NCBI GenBank assembly: GCA_031362565.1
Contig: JANLSU010000056.1
Span: forward strand, 1 to 64,000
DNA from: a bacterium
GTDB lineage: Bacteria; Krumholzibacteriota; Krumholzibacteriia; G020349025
Length of the DNA: 64,000 nucleotides
Direction of reading: 5' to 3'
The notes beneath the pieces are model-generated. The model ran no database searches. It was given only the letters and a program-made list of their open reading frames with translations, and was not told where the DNA came from. The position numbers and the translations under genes are program-made. This document shows positions 31,336 to 39,960 of this stretch, piece after piece. Positions within the stretch are counted from its first letter, which is position 1. Each line of letters begins with the position of its first letter.

Positions 31336-32387
31336 GCAACGGCAACGGACATCCGCCGCTGGCGGGTGGCGAGCCCGGCATCACGGCGCTGACCAAGAAG
31401 GACTTCGAGAGCAATCAGGAAGTCCGCTGGTGTCCCGGTTGCGGCGACTATGCGATCCTACGCGCCGTGCAAGCCCTCTTCCCGACTCTCGGCATCCCGC
31501 GCGAGAACTTCGTGATCGTATCGGGAATCGGCTGCTCGAGCCGCTTTCCGTACTATATGAATGTATACGGCTTCCACAGCATCCACGGCCGCGCGCCGAC
31601 GTTCGCCACCGGCCTCAAGGTGACGCGGCCGGAACTCTCGGTGTGGGTGGTGACCGGCGACGGCGACTCGCTGTCGATCGGCGGCAACCATCTGATCCAC
31701 GCCATGCGCCGCAACGTCGACATCAAGGTCCTCATGTTCAACAACCGGATCTACGGGCTCACCAAGGGGCAGTACTCACCCACTTCGGAGCGCGGCAAGG
31801 TCACCAAGTCGACACCGTATGGTTCGGTCGAGCGGCCGTTCCTGCCATTGTCGGTGGCGCTCGGCGCCGAGGCGACGTTCGTGGCGCGTTCGGTCGACAT
31901 TTACGCCGACCATCTGAAAGAAGTCCTGGCCGCCGCATCCCGGCACCGGGGCGCGGCGTTCGTGGAGATCTATCAGAACTGCAACATCTTCAACGATGGT
32001 GCATTCGAATTCATGACCCCCAAGCCGTTACGGGACGACAACCAGATCGGGCTCGAACACGGCAAGCCGCTCATCTACGGCAAGAACCACGACAAAGGCA
32101 TTCGCCTGCGCGGTGTCGATCCCGAGGTCGTGGATTTGAATGCCCCCGGCGCGCGCCGCGAAGACCTCCTCGTGCACGATGCACACGCCGAGAGTCCGTC
32201 GCTGGCATTCGTGTTGTCGCGCCTCGCACCGCCGGTGTTCCCGACCCCGATCGGCATCTTCCGGGACGTCGAGGCTCCGACCCTCGACGACGGAATGAAC
32301 GCCCAGTTGAAGGATGCCGTTGCGAAAAAGGGCCAGGGATCGCTCGAGAGCCTGATCCACGCCGGCGACACGTGGACGGTTTCCTGA
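31332..32387 (+). CDS. korB: 2-oxoacid:ferredoxin oxidoreductase beta subunit, 351 aa
   Basis: WCPGCGD, SGIGCSSR, HGRA, TPP motif GDGD...NN and YGLTKGQ.SPT. ATGA overlap with korA. Confidence 0.95.
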   Translation: MSNGNGHPPLAGGEPGITALTKKDFESNQEVRWCPGCGDYAILRAVQALFPTLGIPRENFVIVSGIGCSSRFPYYMNVYGFHSIHGRAPTFATGLKVTRPELSVWVVTGDGDSLSIGGNHLIHAMRRNVDIKVLMFNNRIYGLTKGQYSPTSERGKVTKSTPYGSVERPFLPLSVALGAEATFVARSVDIYADHLKEVLAAASRHRGAAFVEIYQNCNIFNDGAFEFMTPKPLRDDNQIGLEHGKPLIYGKNHDKGIRLRGVDPEVVDLNAPGARREDLLVHDAHAESPSLAFVLSRLAPPVFPTPIGIFRDVEAPTLDDGMNAQLKDAVAKKGQGSLESLIHAGDTWTVS

Positions 32388-32398
32388 ATCGCGAGCCG

Positions 32399-32752
32399 AT
32401 GCCCTCGACGCTCCACAGCATCACGAGCCCCGCCGACCTCGACCACGTCCTGGCCGAGTCCACGACGGTGCCCGTGCTTCTCTTCAAGCACAGCCCGACG
32501 TGCGGCATCAGTCGCGACGCGTACGACGAACTCCGGGCCTATCTCGGCACCGCCGACGCCGCGCCCGTCTCGCACTATCTGATTGTCGTTCAAGAAGCGC
32601 GGCCGCTCTCGAACGCCATCGCCGCCCGGTTCCGGATCCGCCACGAAAGCCCCCAAGCCTTGTTCCTGCGCGACAGCCGCGTCGTGTGGCACGCGTCACA
32701 CTGGCGCATCACCGCCGACAGCCTCGCAGCCGCCACGCACATCACCGCCTAA
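32399..32752 (+). CDS. ytxJ: YtxJ/BrxC-like monothiol thioredoxin-fold protein (bacillithiol-system redox protein family), 117 aa
   Basis: FKHS.TC.IS, R.LSN.IA..F.I.HESPQ and WHASH..IT motifs. Confidence 0.88.
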   Translation: MPSTLHSITSPADLDHVLAESTTVPVLLFKHSPTCGISRDAYDELRAYLGTADAAPVSHYLIVVQEARPLSNAIAARFRIRHESPQALFLRDSRVVWHASHWRITADSLAAATHITA

Positions 32753-32855
32753 CCCGTCTCCAGCATCGCACCACCGAGGCGAGGCCCCGAGTCTTGCCGC
32801 CGGACCGGCCGCGTGTTAGCGTCGGCCGTGTTCTCGCGCCCACGCGGAGGTTCCG

Positions 32856-34040
32856 TTGCAACGCAGCTACGATGTCGTCGTCATCGGCGGCGGTGTGATG
32901 GGGCTGACGATTGCTGCGCACCTGCGCCAGCTCGGAGCGGGCAGCGTCGCGCTCTTGGAACGGCGCTTCCTGGGCGCCGGTGAAAGCGGCAAATCGGGCG
33001 CGATCCTGCGCCAGCACTACTCGCACGTGCAGACCATTCGCATGGCCCGAACGAGTCTCGCCGAATTCGCCACGTTCCAAGAGCGCACTGGACGCGACAT
33101 CGGTTTTCGCAAACTGGGCATGTTGTTCGTGCTGCCGATGGCCGACCGCCCGATCCTGGAGACGAATGTGCGCTTGCAACAGATTGAAGGCGTACAGACG
33201 TCCATCTTGAGCGCCAGCGATTTGCAGAGCCTCGAACCGCGCGGCCGCTTCGAGGATGTCATCGCCGCCTGGGAACCGGATGCCGGGTGCGTGGATCCGG
33301 TACGCACCGTCGGGGCCTTCGGCGCCGAAGCCACCCGCCTGGGTGTCGACATCGTCCTCGGTTGCCAAGTGACGGCGGTGCATGCCGAGCCCGGCGGCGA
33401 AGGCCAGCGCATCGTCGGCGTCGAAACGAGCCTCGGCCGCATTGCGACGCGGCAAGTCGTGGCCGCCACCGGCCCGTGGACGGCACCGCTACTCGCCACG
33501 CTTGGGATCGAGCTGCCCATCGAAGTCGTCCGGCCACAGCAGGCGTTTCTGCGCCCGCCGTCCGATTTCGGTGATGAACATCCCATCGTGGCCGATCTGC
33601 CGAACGAGGTGTACTACAAGCCGGAAGGCACCGGCACCCGCGTCGGCCTGATCTCGTACGACAACGATGCCCGCGTCGATCCCGACACCTATGACGAAGG
33701 CATCGAAGCCGATTTCCTGCGCGACGCCCGCGACCGCGTGCAACGGCGTCTTCCTGCTTACGCGCGCGCCGTTCTCTGGGGCGGCGGCAGCGCGCTCTAC
33801 ACGATCACACCCGACGGCCAAGCCGCCATCGGACCCTTGGCGGGACTCGAAGGCTTCGTTCTGGTGACCGGCTTCAGCGGCCACGGCTTCAAACTTTCGC
33901 CGGCCGTCGGACGCGGCGTCGCCGAACTCGTCGTGCATGGCGCATCGCGCACTCTCGATGTCGATTTCTTCGACCCGGGCCGCTTTCGCCGCCGCCAGCC
34001 CGCCCCGGCGGGCGGTTACCGCTACAAGATTCTCGGTTGA
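32856..34040 (+). CDS. FAD-dependent oxidoreductase, DAO/sarcosine oxidase beta family, 394 aa
   Basis: DVVVIGGGVMG Rossmann motif, SGKSGAILR, TPDG..AIG and GFSGHGFK.SPAVG. TTG start. Confidence 0.9.
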   Translation: MQRSYDVVVIGGGVMGLTIAAHLRQLGAGSVALLERRFLGAGESGKSGAILRQHYSHVQTIRMARTSLAEFATFQERTGRDIGFRKLGMLFVLPMADRPILETNVRLQQIEGVQTSILSASDLQSLEPRGRFEDVIAAWEPDAGCVDPVRTVGAFGAEATRLGVDIVLGCQVTAVHAEPGGEGQRIVGVETSLGRIATRQVVAATGPWTAPLLATLGIELPIEVVRPQQAFLRPPSDFGDEHPIVADLPNEVYYKPEGTGTRVGLISYDNDARVDPDTYDEGIEADFLRDARDRVQRRLPAYARAVLWGGGSALYTITPDGQAAIGPLAGLEGFVLVTGFSGHGFKLSPAVGRGVAELVVHGASRTLDVDFFDPGRFRRRQPAPAGGYRYKILG

Positions 34041-34044
34041 TGCG

Positions 34045-35319
34045 ATGAGCACCAGCCCGGCACGGCCCAAGGTCGTCATCATTGGCGGTGGGTTCGGCGG
34101 TCTCACGGCGGCGCAGGCGCTCGCCGGCCACGCCGTCGACGTCACACTCATCGACATGAAGAACCACCACACGTTTCAGCCGCTATTGTATCAGGTCGCA
34201 ACCGCGGTGCTCTCACCCGGTGAAATTGCCACGCCGATCCGCCGCATTCTGCATGGCGCAGCGAACATCACCGTGCTCCTCGACAAGGCCATTGGGTTCG
34301 ACGCCGCGCGGCAACAACTCCTCCTCGAGCAAAGCGGCGCAATGGCGTTCGACTACTTGATCGTCGCCGCCGGGGCGCGGCACGCCTACTTTGGCCATGC
34401 GACCTGGGAGCGCGATGCACCCGGCCTGAAGACGATCGAGGATGCGCTCGATATTCGCCGCCGTTTGCTCTCGGCGTTCGAGGTGGCGGAGCGCACAACG
34501 TACCTGACCGGACATCCACAGCCGTTGAATTTTGCCATCGTCGGCGGCGGGCCGACGGGCGTGGAGTTGGCCGGCGCCATCGCCGACATCGCGCGGCACT
34601 CCATGGCACAGGACTTCCGGTCCATCGATACACGGCAAGCCCGGGTCACCGTGTACGAGGGCGCAGCGCGCGTGCTCGGGACCTATTCAGAGGATCTCTC
34701 ACGCCAGGCCGAAGCCCAGTTGGCGGAGTTGGGTGTCGAGGTGCGCACCAACAGCATGGTGACGGCGGTCGAACCCGGCCGCATCCGCGTTGGTGACGAA
34801 TGGATCGCGACCAACGTCACGTTCTGGGCGACGGGCATCGCAGCCTCACCGCTCGGCAAGACGCTCGGCGTGCCGGTGGATCGCGCCGGCCGCGTCCTGG
34901 TGCAACCGGATCTCAGCATCCCCGGCCAGCCGCGCGTGTTCGTCATCGGCGACATGGCATTTCTGCAGGATCGTACCGGCAACGCCGTGCCGGCGGTCGC
35001 GACGGCAGCCATTCAAGAAGGCAAAGCCACCGCCGCGAACATCCGCCGCGACCTGCGTGGCGCGCCCAGAATTCCATTCGCGTATCGCGACAAAGGCAGC
35101 ATGGCGATCATTGGACGGCGCCGGGCGATCGCCCAAATCGGCCGCTGGCACCTGACGGGCTTCGTGGCCTTTGCCCTTTGGGGCCTGGTGCACATCATGT
35201 CGCTGATCGGGTTCCGAAGCCGTGCGTCGGTGCTGGTCGAATGGATCTGGGCCTATTTTACCCGCGAACGGAGTGGCCGGCTCATCACCGACCTGACGAA
35301 TCCACGCCGCGAGAGCTGA
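34045..35319 (+). CDS. ndh: Type II NADH dehydrogenase (NDH-2), 424 aa
   Basis: IIGGGFGG, FQPLLYQVAT, LKTIEDA, VGGGPTGVELAG, VFVIGD, Y.DKGSMA and C-terminal amphipathic W..VHI..LIGFR. Confidence 0.93.
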   Translation: MSTSPARPKVVIIGGGFGGLTAAQALAGHAVDVTLIDMKNHHTFQPLLYQVATAVLSPGEIATPIRRILHGAANITVLLDKAIGFDAARQQLLLEQSGAMAFDYLIVAAGARHAYFGHATWERDAPGLKTIEDALDIRRRLLSAFEVAERTTYLTGHPQPLNFAIVGGGPTGVELAGAIADIARHSMAQDFRSIDTRQARVTVYEGAARVLGTYSEDLSRQAEAQLAELGVEVRTNSMVTAVEPGRIRVGDEWIATNVTFWATGIAASPLGKTLGVPVDRAGRVLVQPDLSIPGQPRVFVIGDMAFLQDRTGNAVPAVATAAIQEGKATAANIRRDLRGAPRIPFAYRDKGSMAIIGRRRAIAQIGRWHLTGFVAFALWGLVHIMSLIGFRSRASVLVEWIWAYFTRERSGRLITDLTNPRRES

Positions 35320-35923
35320 TTCGTTGGCCGGGCTCGGGCAAGTGGGGTTGCAGAGCGCGTGCCGCAAACAGCACGAGCGAGCAGCCGACGGGAAATACGA
35401 TTTCATTGGCGCCGCGCGCCATTTGGACCGCGAGCGGCGCCGCGGGCATCAAGAAAAGCGCCGCGCCCCCGAAGACAGCACCGACGGCGAGGCCAATGCC
35501 GACGTGCGCCGCCGCGCCGCTTCGACGCCGCGTCCCGACATACGACAGAAGCAAGCCGAGACATCCGTACTCGACCGCCTTGAGAACCATCAAAGCCATC
35601 ACCGGAAGCGGCGCACTGGCGCCGCCCAGCGCCAGTGCCTGCGATACACCCTTGTGCAAGGCGCGCGCGATCGTGAACGCGATCGGTGCCGCCACGAGAC
35701 CCGCGAAGCTCATCCCCGCGACCGGCGCCTTGGCGACCAGACTGCCCAAAGCAAGCCCGACGCAAACGATGAAGGACCATGACACCTTTTGCACGGCATC
35801 CGCCGCGACCCCTGCACCGGACGGCGTCGCGCCGCCGAGAAGCCCGATCAGCAACACCAGGACTTCCATCGCCAGCCCGAGCAACACCGCCATCGACGCG
35901 ATCTGCAGGAGTTTCCGAATCAT
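35285..35923 (-). CDS. Hypothetical polytopic membrane protein (~6 TM), 212 aa
   Basis: ATG 35923 with a GAGG SD, consecutive hydrophobic helices. Its 3' end overlaps the ndh 3' end by 35 nt. Confidence 0.7.
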   Translation of the reverse strand: MIRKLLQIASMAVLLGLAMEVLVLLIGLLGGATPSGAGVAADAVQKVSWSFIVCVGLALGSLVAKAPVAGMSFAGLVAAPIAFTIARALHKGVSQALALGGASAPLPVMALMVLKAVEYGCLGLLLSYVGTRRRSGAAAHVGIGLAVGAVFGGAALFLMPAAPLAVQMARGANEIVFPVGCSLVLFAARALQPHLPEPGQRISSRGVDSSGR

Positions 35924-35972
35924 CGCAGCCTCGCTGTTTGTACCAGGTGTGGAATGCCCCGTCGTAACGGAC

Positions 35973-37454
35973 TCACGACGCGATGGTGGTGCCGTCGCGA
36001 TCGAGGACGACCGCTGCGGCGACCGCCAGCATGGCATCGGTATGGTCGGCGGTGCGGAGAATCGCCGTGTACGCTTCGACGAGCGGTGCGTCGACCTCAG
36101 GGGTGAGCAGATTGGCAAGCGCCACAGGCGTGTAGTCGATGGGCAGGCGCCGCAAAATCGCGACGCGCTCCGGCGCCAGCGGACGGCGTTCACCCAAGAC
36201 CACGAGAAGCGGCGCGCCAAGCGGCCCGTGCAGCGCATCCAACGCCCGAATCTCGACAGTTGGACCCGCGGCTCCGAGCACCGCTGCGAAACGCGCCACG
36301 ACTTCATCCGGCGACCCGGCGACCACAACGCGTCCGGCGTCGGCAATCGCCCGGGCGAACGTCCGCCAACCGGCGGGATCGAGAACGCGCAACGCCCGCC
36401 GGCACACTTCGCGCAGATGCACGTCATCGCGTTGCGCGGGTGCGGCGCCCAACGCGGCGCGTGGTTCCGGAATGGCGGCCTTCAGATTCCGCACCCGTGC
36501 CACGGCCGCCTCGAGGCGGGCGCGCGGGATACGGCCGGCTTCGACCGCGGCGCGGAGCCCCGCCCGCGCCCGCAACGGCTTGTCGATTTCAAAGCAATAC
36601 AACAGCAGGTCGCACCCGGCGAGCAGCGCGCGCACCGCTGCTTCCTCGTCACCGAAGCGCCCGGCGACGCCCTGCATGTCCATGGCGTCGGTGATCGCCA
36701 CGCCCTGAAACCCGAGGTCGTCACGCAGGAGCCCGGTTGCAATGCGTGGTGCCAGTGTCGCGGGCAGCGTGCCATCGCCCAACTGCGGGCAAGCAACATG
36801 CGCCACCATGACGAGCGGCACGTGATCGAGCAGGGCGCGGAACGGCACGAGTTCGATGGCGTCCAGCCGCGCCCGATCATGGTTTACAACGGGCAGGGCC
36901 AAATGCGAATCGACATCGGTATCGCCGTGGCCGGGAAAGTGCTTGGCACACGACAACACACCGGCCTGCCCCAGCCCGTCGTGCACGGCGCGCGCATAAC
37001 CGGCCACCAGATCCGCTTCGGCTCCAAACGAGCGCACTCCGATCACCGGATTACGCGGGTTGTTGTTGACGTCGCAAACGGGTGCATAGTCGACATTGAC
37101 GCCAAGGGCCCGCAAGTGCGTGCCATACGCCGTGAACGCCCGCCGCACGTCGTCTAGATCGCCGGCCCAGGCGAAGGCGCGGGCGCTGGGTGGGGTCGGA
37201 AACCAGGCACTCGTTTGGGTCACGAAACCGCCTTCCTCGTCCATCGAGACGAGCAGCGTTTCGTCCCGCGCCCGCGCCCATGCATGCAGGCGTTCGATCG
37301 CGGCGCGCGCCACTTCGGCGTCATCGGGAAGATTGCGCCGGAACAAGATGACGCCCGCCGGTTGCAAGTCGTCGAGCCAGTCCTGTGGCCCATCGACCCA
37401 ACCGTCGGGTGGCGCGACCACCAAGGTCTGCCCAAGCATTCGATCGAGCGTCAC
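35973..37454 (-). CDS. nagZ: Beta-N-acetylhexosaminidase (GH3, NagZ-like), 493 aa
   Basis: GVILFRRN, DEEGG.V, APVCDV...NPVIGVRSFG, KHFPGHG.T.VDSH (NagZ signature) and ITDAMDM. AGGAGG SD before GTG 37454. Confidence 0.92.
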   Translation of the reverse strand: MTLDRMLGQTLVVAPPDGWVDGPQDWLDDLQPAGVILFRRNLPDDAEVARAAIERLHAWARARDETLLVSMDEEGGFVTQTSAWFPTPPSARAFAWAGDLDDVRRAFTAYGTHLRALGVNVDYAPVCDVNNNPRNPVIGVRSFGAEADLVAGYARAVHDGLGQAGVLSCAKHFPGHGDTDVDSHLALPVVNHDRARLDAIELVPFRALLDHVPLVMVAHVACPQLGDGTLPATLAPRIATGLLRDDLGFQGVAITDAMDMQGVAGRFGDEEAAVRALLAGCDLLLYCFEIDKPLRARAGLRAAVEAGRIPRARLEAAVARVRNLKAAIPEPRAALGAAPAQRDDVHLREVCRRALRVLDPAGWRTFARAIADAGRVVVAGSPDEVVARFAAVLGAAGPTVEIRALDALHGPLGAPLLVVLGERRPLAPERVAILRRLPIDYTPVALANLLTPEVDAPLVEAYTAILRTADHTDAMLAVAAAVVLDRDGTTIAS

Positions 37455-37536
37455 GCGGCCCCTCCTGCCGGCATCGAATTGCGGTCCGCCGGCGACAATG
37501 CGGCGCACTCTATCACGCCTTCCCAAGCGGATGCCG

Positions 37537-38565
37537 TTACTGTTTCGGCGCCGGCGCGGGAGCGGGGGCGGACTTTCGCGCCGGCGGAACCGCCATCAGC
37601 GGCGCCACCCACTTGTCGTCCAACAGTCCCGATGCCGGGAGCCGGGCAACGAGCGTGCGCCAATTCGGATCGGCACCATAGGCGCGTGCCATCAATGGCC
37701 GCGCCGCGTCCATTCGTCCCGCGGCCGCCATCGAGATCGCGTGCCAGAACAGCATCTCGGCACTGTCGGGTACGAGTGATTCTGCCAGGCCGTACTCGCG
37801 CGCCGCGCCATCGATATCGTTGTGTTCGACGGCGAGGTCGCCGGCATTCATATGATCGTAGGCGCGATGCAGCTTCACGAGCCGCGTCAGTTCGCCGACT
37901 GGATCGGGAGAATCTTCGACCCGCAGATCGACGAGCCGGTCCTCCCAGACGCGGCCGGTCGCGGTGCCGCGCACGATGAGAATTGCCGCCGACTGCCGGC
38001 CGCGAATGTCGCCGCCTTCCTGCTGTGCGGCCGCCAGCGCCGCCAAGAGGCGGGCCGCGAAATCGCCTTCCGCCGCCTCGTACGCCTTCCCCATCGCATC
38101 CCAAACCGTTTCACGCAACATGAGGTTCGCCTGCGCCGAATATCCGGCACCTTTGTGATGGCCGGCTTTGGCGATGCAGTGCGCACCGGTGTGCACTGCA
38201 ACACCGCCTTTGGCATCGACGATTGCGACCTGCCGCACGTCGGCACGCGGATCGATGCCTAAGAGTTCTTGGAGGGCTTGTTCCGCCGTCTTGCCCGAGC
38301 GCAACAACCCGAGACCCAACGGTCCGTAGGATGCTTTCACAAAGGACTGTGTCGCCACGGCACCCACGCCGGCCTCGGCCCACGGCACCACCGATCCGAC
38401 CGAGAACCAGTGCGATTGCACCGCCACTCCCAAGTCACCGGTTTGCGGATCGCGCGCCACGATCGAATACGTGTGAACGGGCCGCTCGACGGCCGCACTC
38501 GAGTGCGCATCGCAAAGCGCGACGCACCCCAGAACGGCCGAAGCGAATCGGAATCGGAGCACCAT
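37537..38565 (-). CDS. DUF1028 family (Ntn-hydrolase-like) exported protein with a C-terminal TPR-like region, 342 aa
   Basis: Signal peptide followed by HTYSIVARDP.TG..GVAVQS, GVGAVATQS, GGDIRGRQSAA and DLRVED motifs. Confidence 0.88.
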   Translation of the reverse strand: MVLRFRFASAVLGCVALCDAHSSAAVERPVHTYSIVARDPQTGDLGVAVQSHWFSVGSVVPWAEAGVGAVATQSFVKASYGPLGLGLLRSGKTAEQALQELLGIDPRADVRQVAIVDAKGGVAVHTGAHCIAKAGHHKGAGYSAQANLMLRETVWDAMGKAYEAAEGDFAARLLAALAAAQQEGGDIRGRQSAAILIVRGTATGRVWEDRLVDLRVEDSPDPVGELTRLVKLHRAYDHMNAGDLAVEHNDIDGAAREYGLAESLVPDSAEMLFWHAISMAAAGRMDAARPLMARAYGADPNWRTLVARLPASGLLDDKWVAPLMAVPPARKSAPAPAPAPKQ

Positions 38566-38666
38566 GAAATCGACCTCCAGAGAGACGCCCTGCCGCGCGA
38601 CCGTCGCAACGGCACCGTAGAAGCGCCGTCACACCGCGGTCAAGCGACCTCCCCATCCCGGCCGCC

Positions 38667-38773
38667 TGCCCCATTTGAGACAGCCTGAATGCGCGCCCCG
38701 CCCCGCAGCCGACACACTAACCCATTATTTTGCAGATTTTTACGGCATTACCCCCAGCGGCACACGAGTTGAA
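38667..38773 (+). promoter_or_regulatory. Putative sigma54 promoter with upstream activator site for the RND operon
   Basis: CGGCACACGAGTTGAA (38758-38773, GG-N10-GA variant), an AT-rich tract at about 38724-38750, and the quasi-palindrome TGCCCCATTTGAGACA (38667-38682). Confidence 0.5.
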
Positions 38774-38787
38774 TAGGGCCCTCGGGT

Positions 38788-39960
38788 ATGAAGCCTCGAA
38801 TCGTCATCCCCATCGCTATCGCCGCCGCGCTCGCTGCCACGCTGGCCGTCCCAGCGCTCCGCCATCGCAGCCTCGAAGCCGTGCAGCACTTGGGCGGCGC
38901 GGCGCCGGAGAGCGCTGAGGCCCGCGTCACTGCCGAATCACGTGGTCAGGCGCCGGACTCGAGCCCCACATCCAACAACCCCGACGCACCGCGCGCCGCG
39001 AGCCTGGCGGTCGCCGGCGTCGTCGTGCAATCGGAACCCTTCGTTCTGACGGCGCGCGCCACTGGACGCGCCGAAGCGCTGCAGCGCGCCCAACTCGCCT
39101 GCCGCGTCGGCGAGTGCGTGACTGCCGTTCATGTGCACGAAGGCCAGCGCGTGCGGCGCGGCGAACTGCTCGTCGAGTTGGACCCGCGCAGCTTTGAAAT
39201 GGCGCTCCGCGAGGCCGAAGCGCGGCTCGCATCGGCGCGCATCGATTTTTCGGCGCTCGCCTTCAACGACTCGGTCGCGAGCTTGGAGAAACGCGACCGC
39301 ATGGCGGCGCGCACCGGCGTCACGGAAGCCGAGCAGCGCGTCGCTCGCGCCCAGATGGACCTGGATGCGACGCGCATCACCGCACCCTTCGACGGTGAAA
39401 TCGTCAGCCGGGCGGTGAACGTCGGCGAGCGCGCGCAGCCGGAGCGCCCCCTGGTAACGCTCGTCGACCGGAGCCGCATTCGCGTCCCAGCCGAGGTCTT
39501 GGAAGCGAGCTTCGCGCATCTCTCCCCCGGCGCGAAAGCCAGCGTCCGTTTCCCGGCCCTTGGCGGGACGCGATTCGAAGGCCGCATCACGGCACTCGCA
39601 CCCGAGTTGGACACGGCGCGCGGCACGGGCATCGCCTATGTCGAAATCGCCAACAACGAAGGGCGCATCAAGCCCGGAATGTATTGCGAAGTCGAGATCG
39701 AAGCAGCGCGTTTCGACAGCCGGCTTGCGGTGCCACGCGCCGCCGTCCTCGAACGGTCGCGCCGTCTCTTGGTCTTCGTTGCCCGCCATGGCCGCGCTGA
39801 ATGGGCCTACGTCGACACCGGCCTCGAAACCGACGACCGCATCGAGATCACGTCGGGCATCGCGCCCGGCGACACTGTCCTCGTGGACGGGCATCTGACG
39901 CTGGCACACGGTGCGCCGGTCAGCGTCAGCCTCGTCTCCGGCACGCCGGTCCTGCCATGA
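38788..39960 (+). CDS. RND efflux periplasmic adaptor (membrane fusion protein), 390 aa
   Basis: N-terminal TM, lipoyl half V.EGQRV..GELL..LD, alpha hairpin, ITAPFDG, IKPGM and GI..GD.V.V.G. Confidence 0.93.
   Translation: MKPRIVIPIAIAAALAATLAVPALRHRSLEAVQHLGGAAPESAEARVTAESRGQAPDSSPTSNNPDAPRAASLAVAGVVVQSEPFVLTARATGRAEALQRAQLACRVGECVTAVHVHEGQRVRRGELLVELDPRSFEMALREAEARLASARIDFSALAFNDSVASLEKRDRMAARTGVTEAEQRVARAQMDLDATRITAPFDGEIVSRAVNVGERAQPERPLVTLVDRSRIRVPAEVLEASFAHLSPGAKASVRFPALGGTRFEGRITALAPELDTARGTGIAYVEIANNEGRIKPGMYCEVEIEAARFDSRLAVPRAAVLERSRRLLVFVARHGRAEWAYVDTGLETDDRIEITSGIAPGDTVLVDGHLTLAHGAPVSVSLVSGTPVLP

Noticed and set aside
34800..37157. 785-aa plus-strand ORF spanning ndh and nagZ
   Set aside because: Out of frame with ndh and antisense to two better-supported genes, with no motifs.
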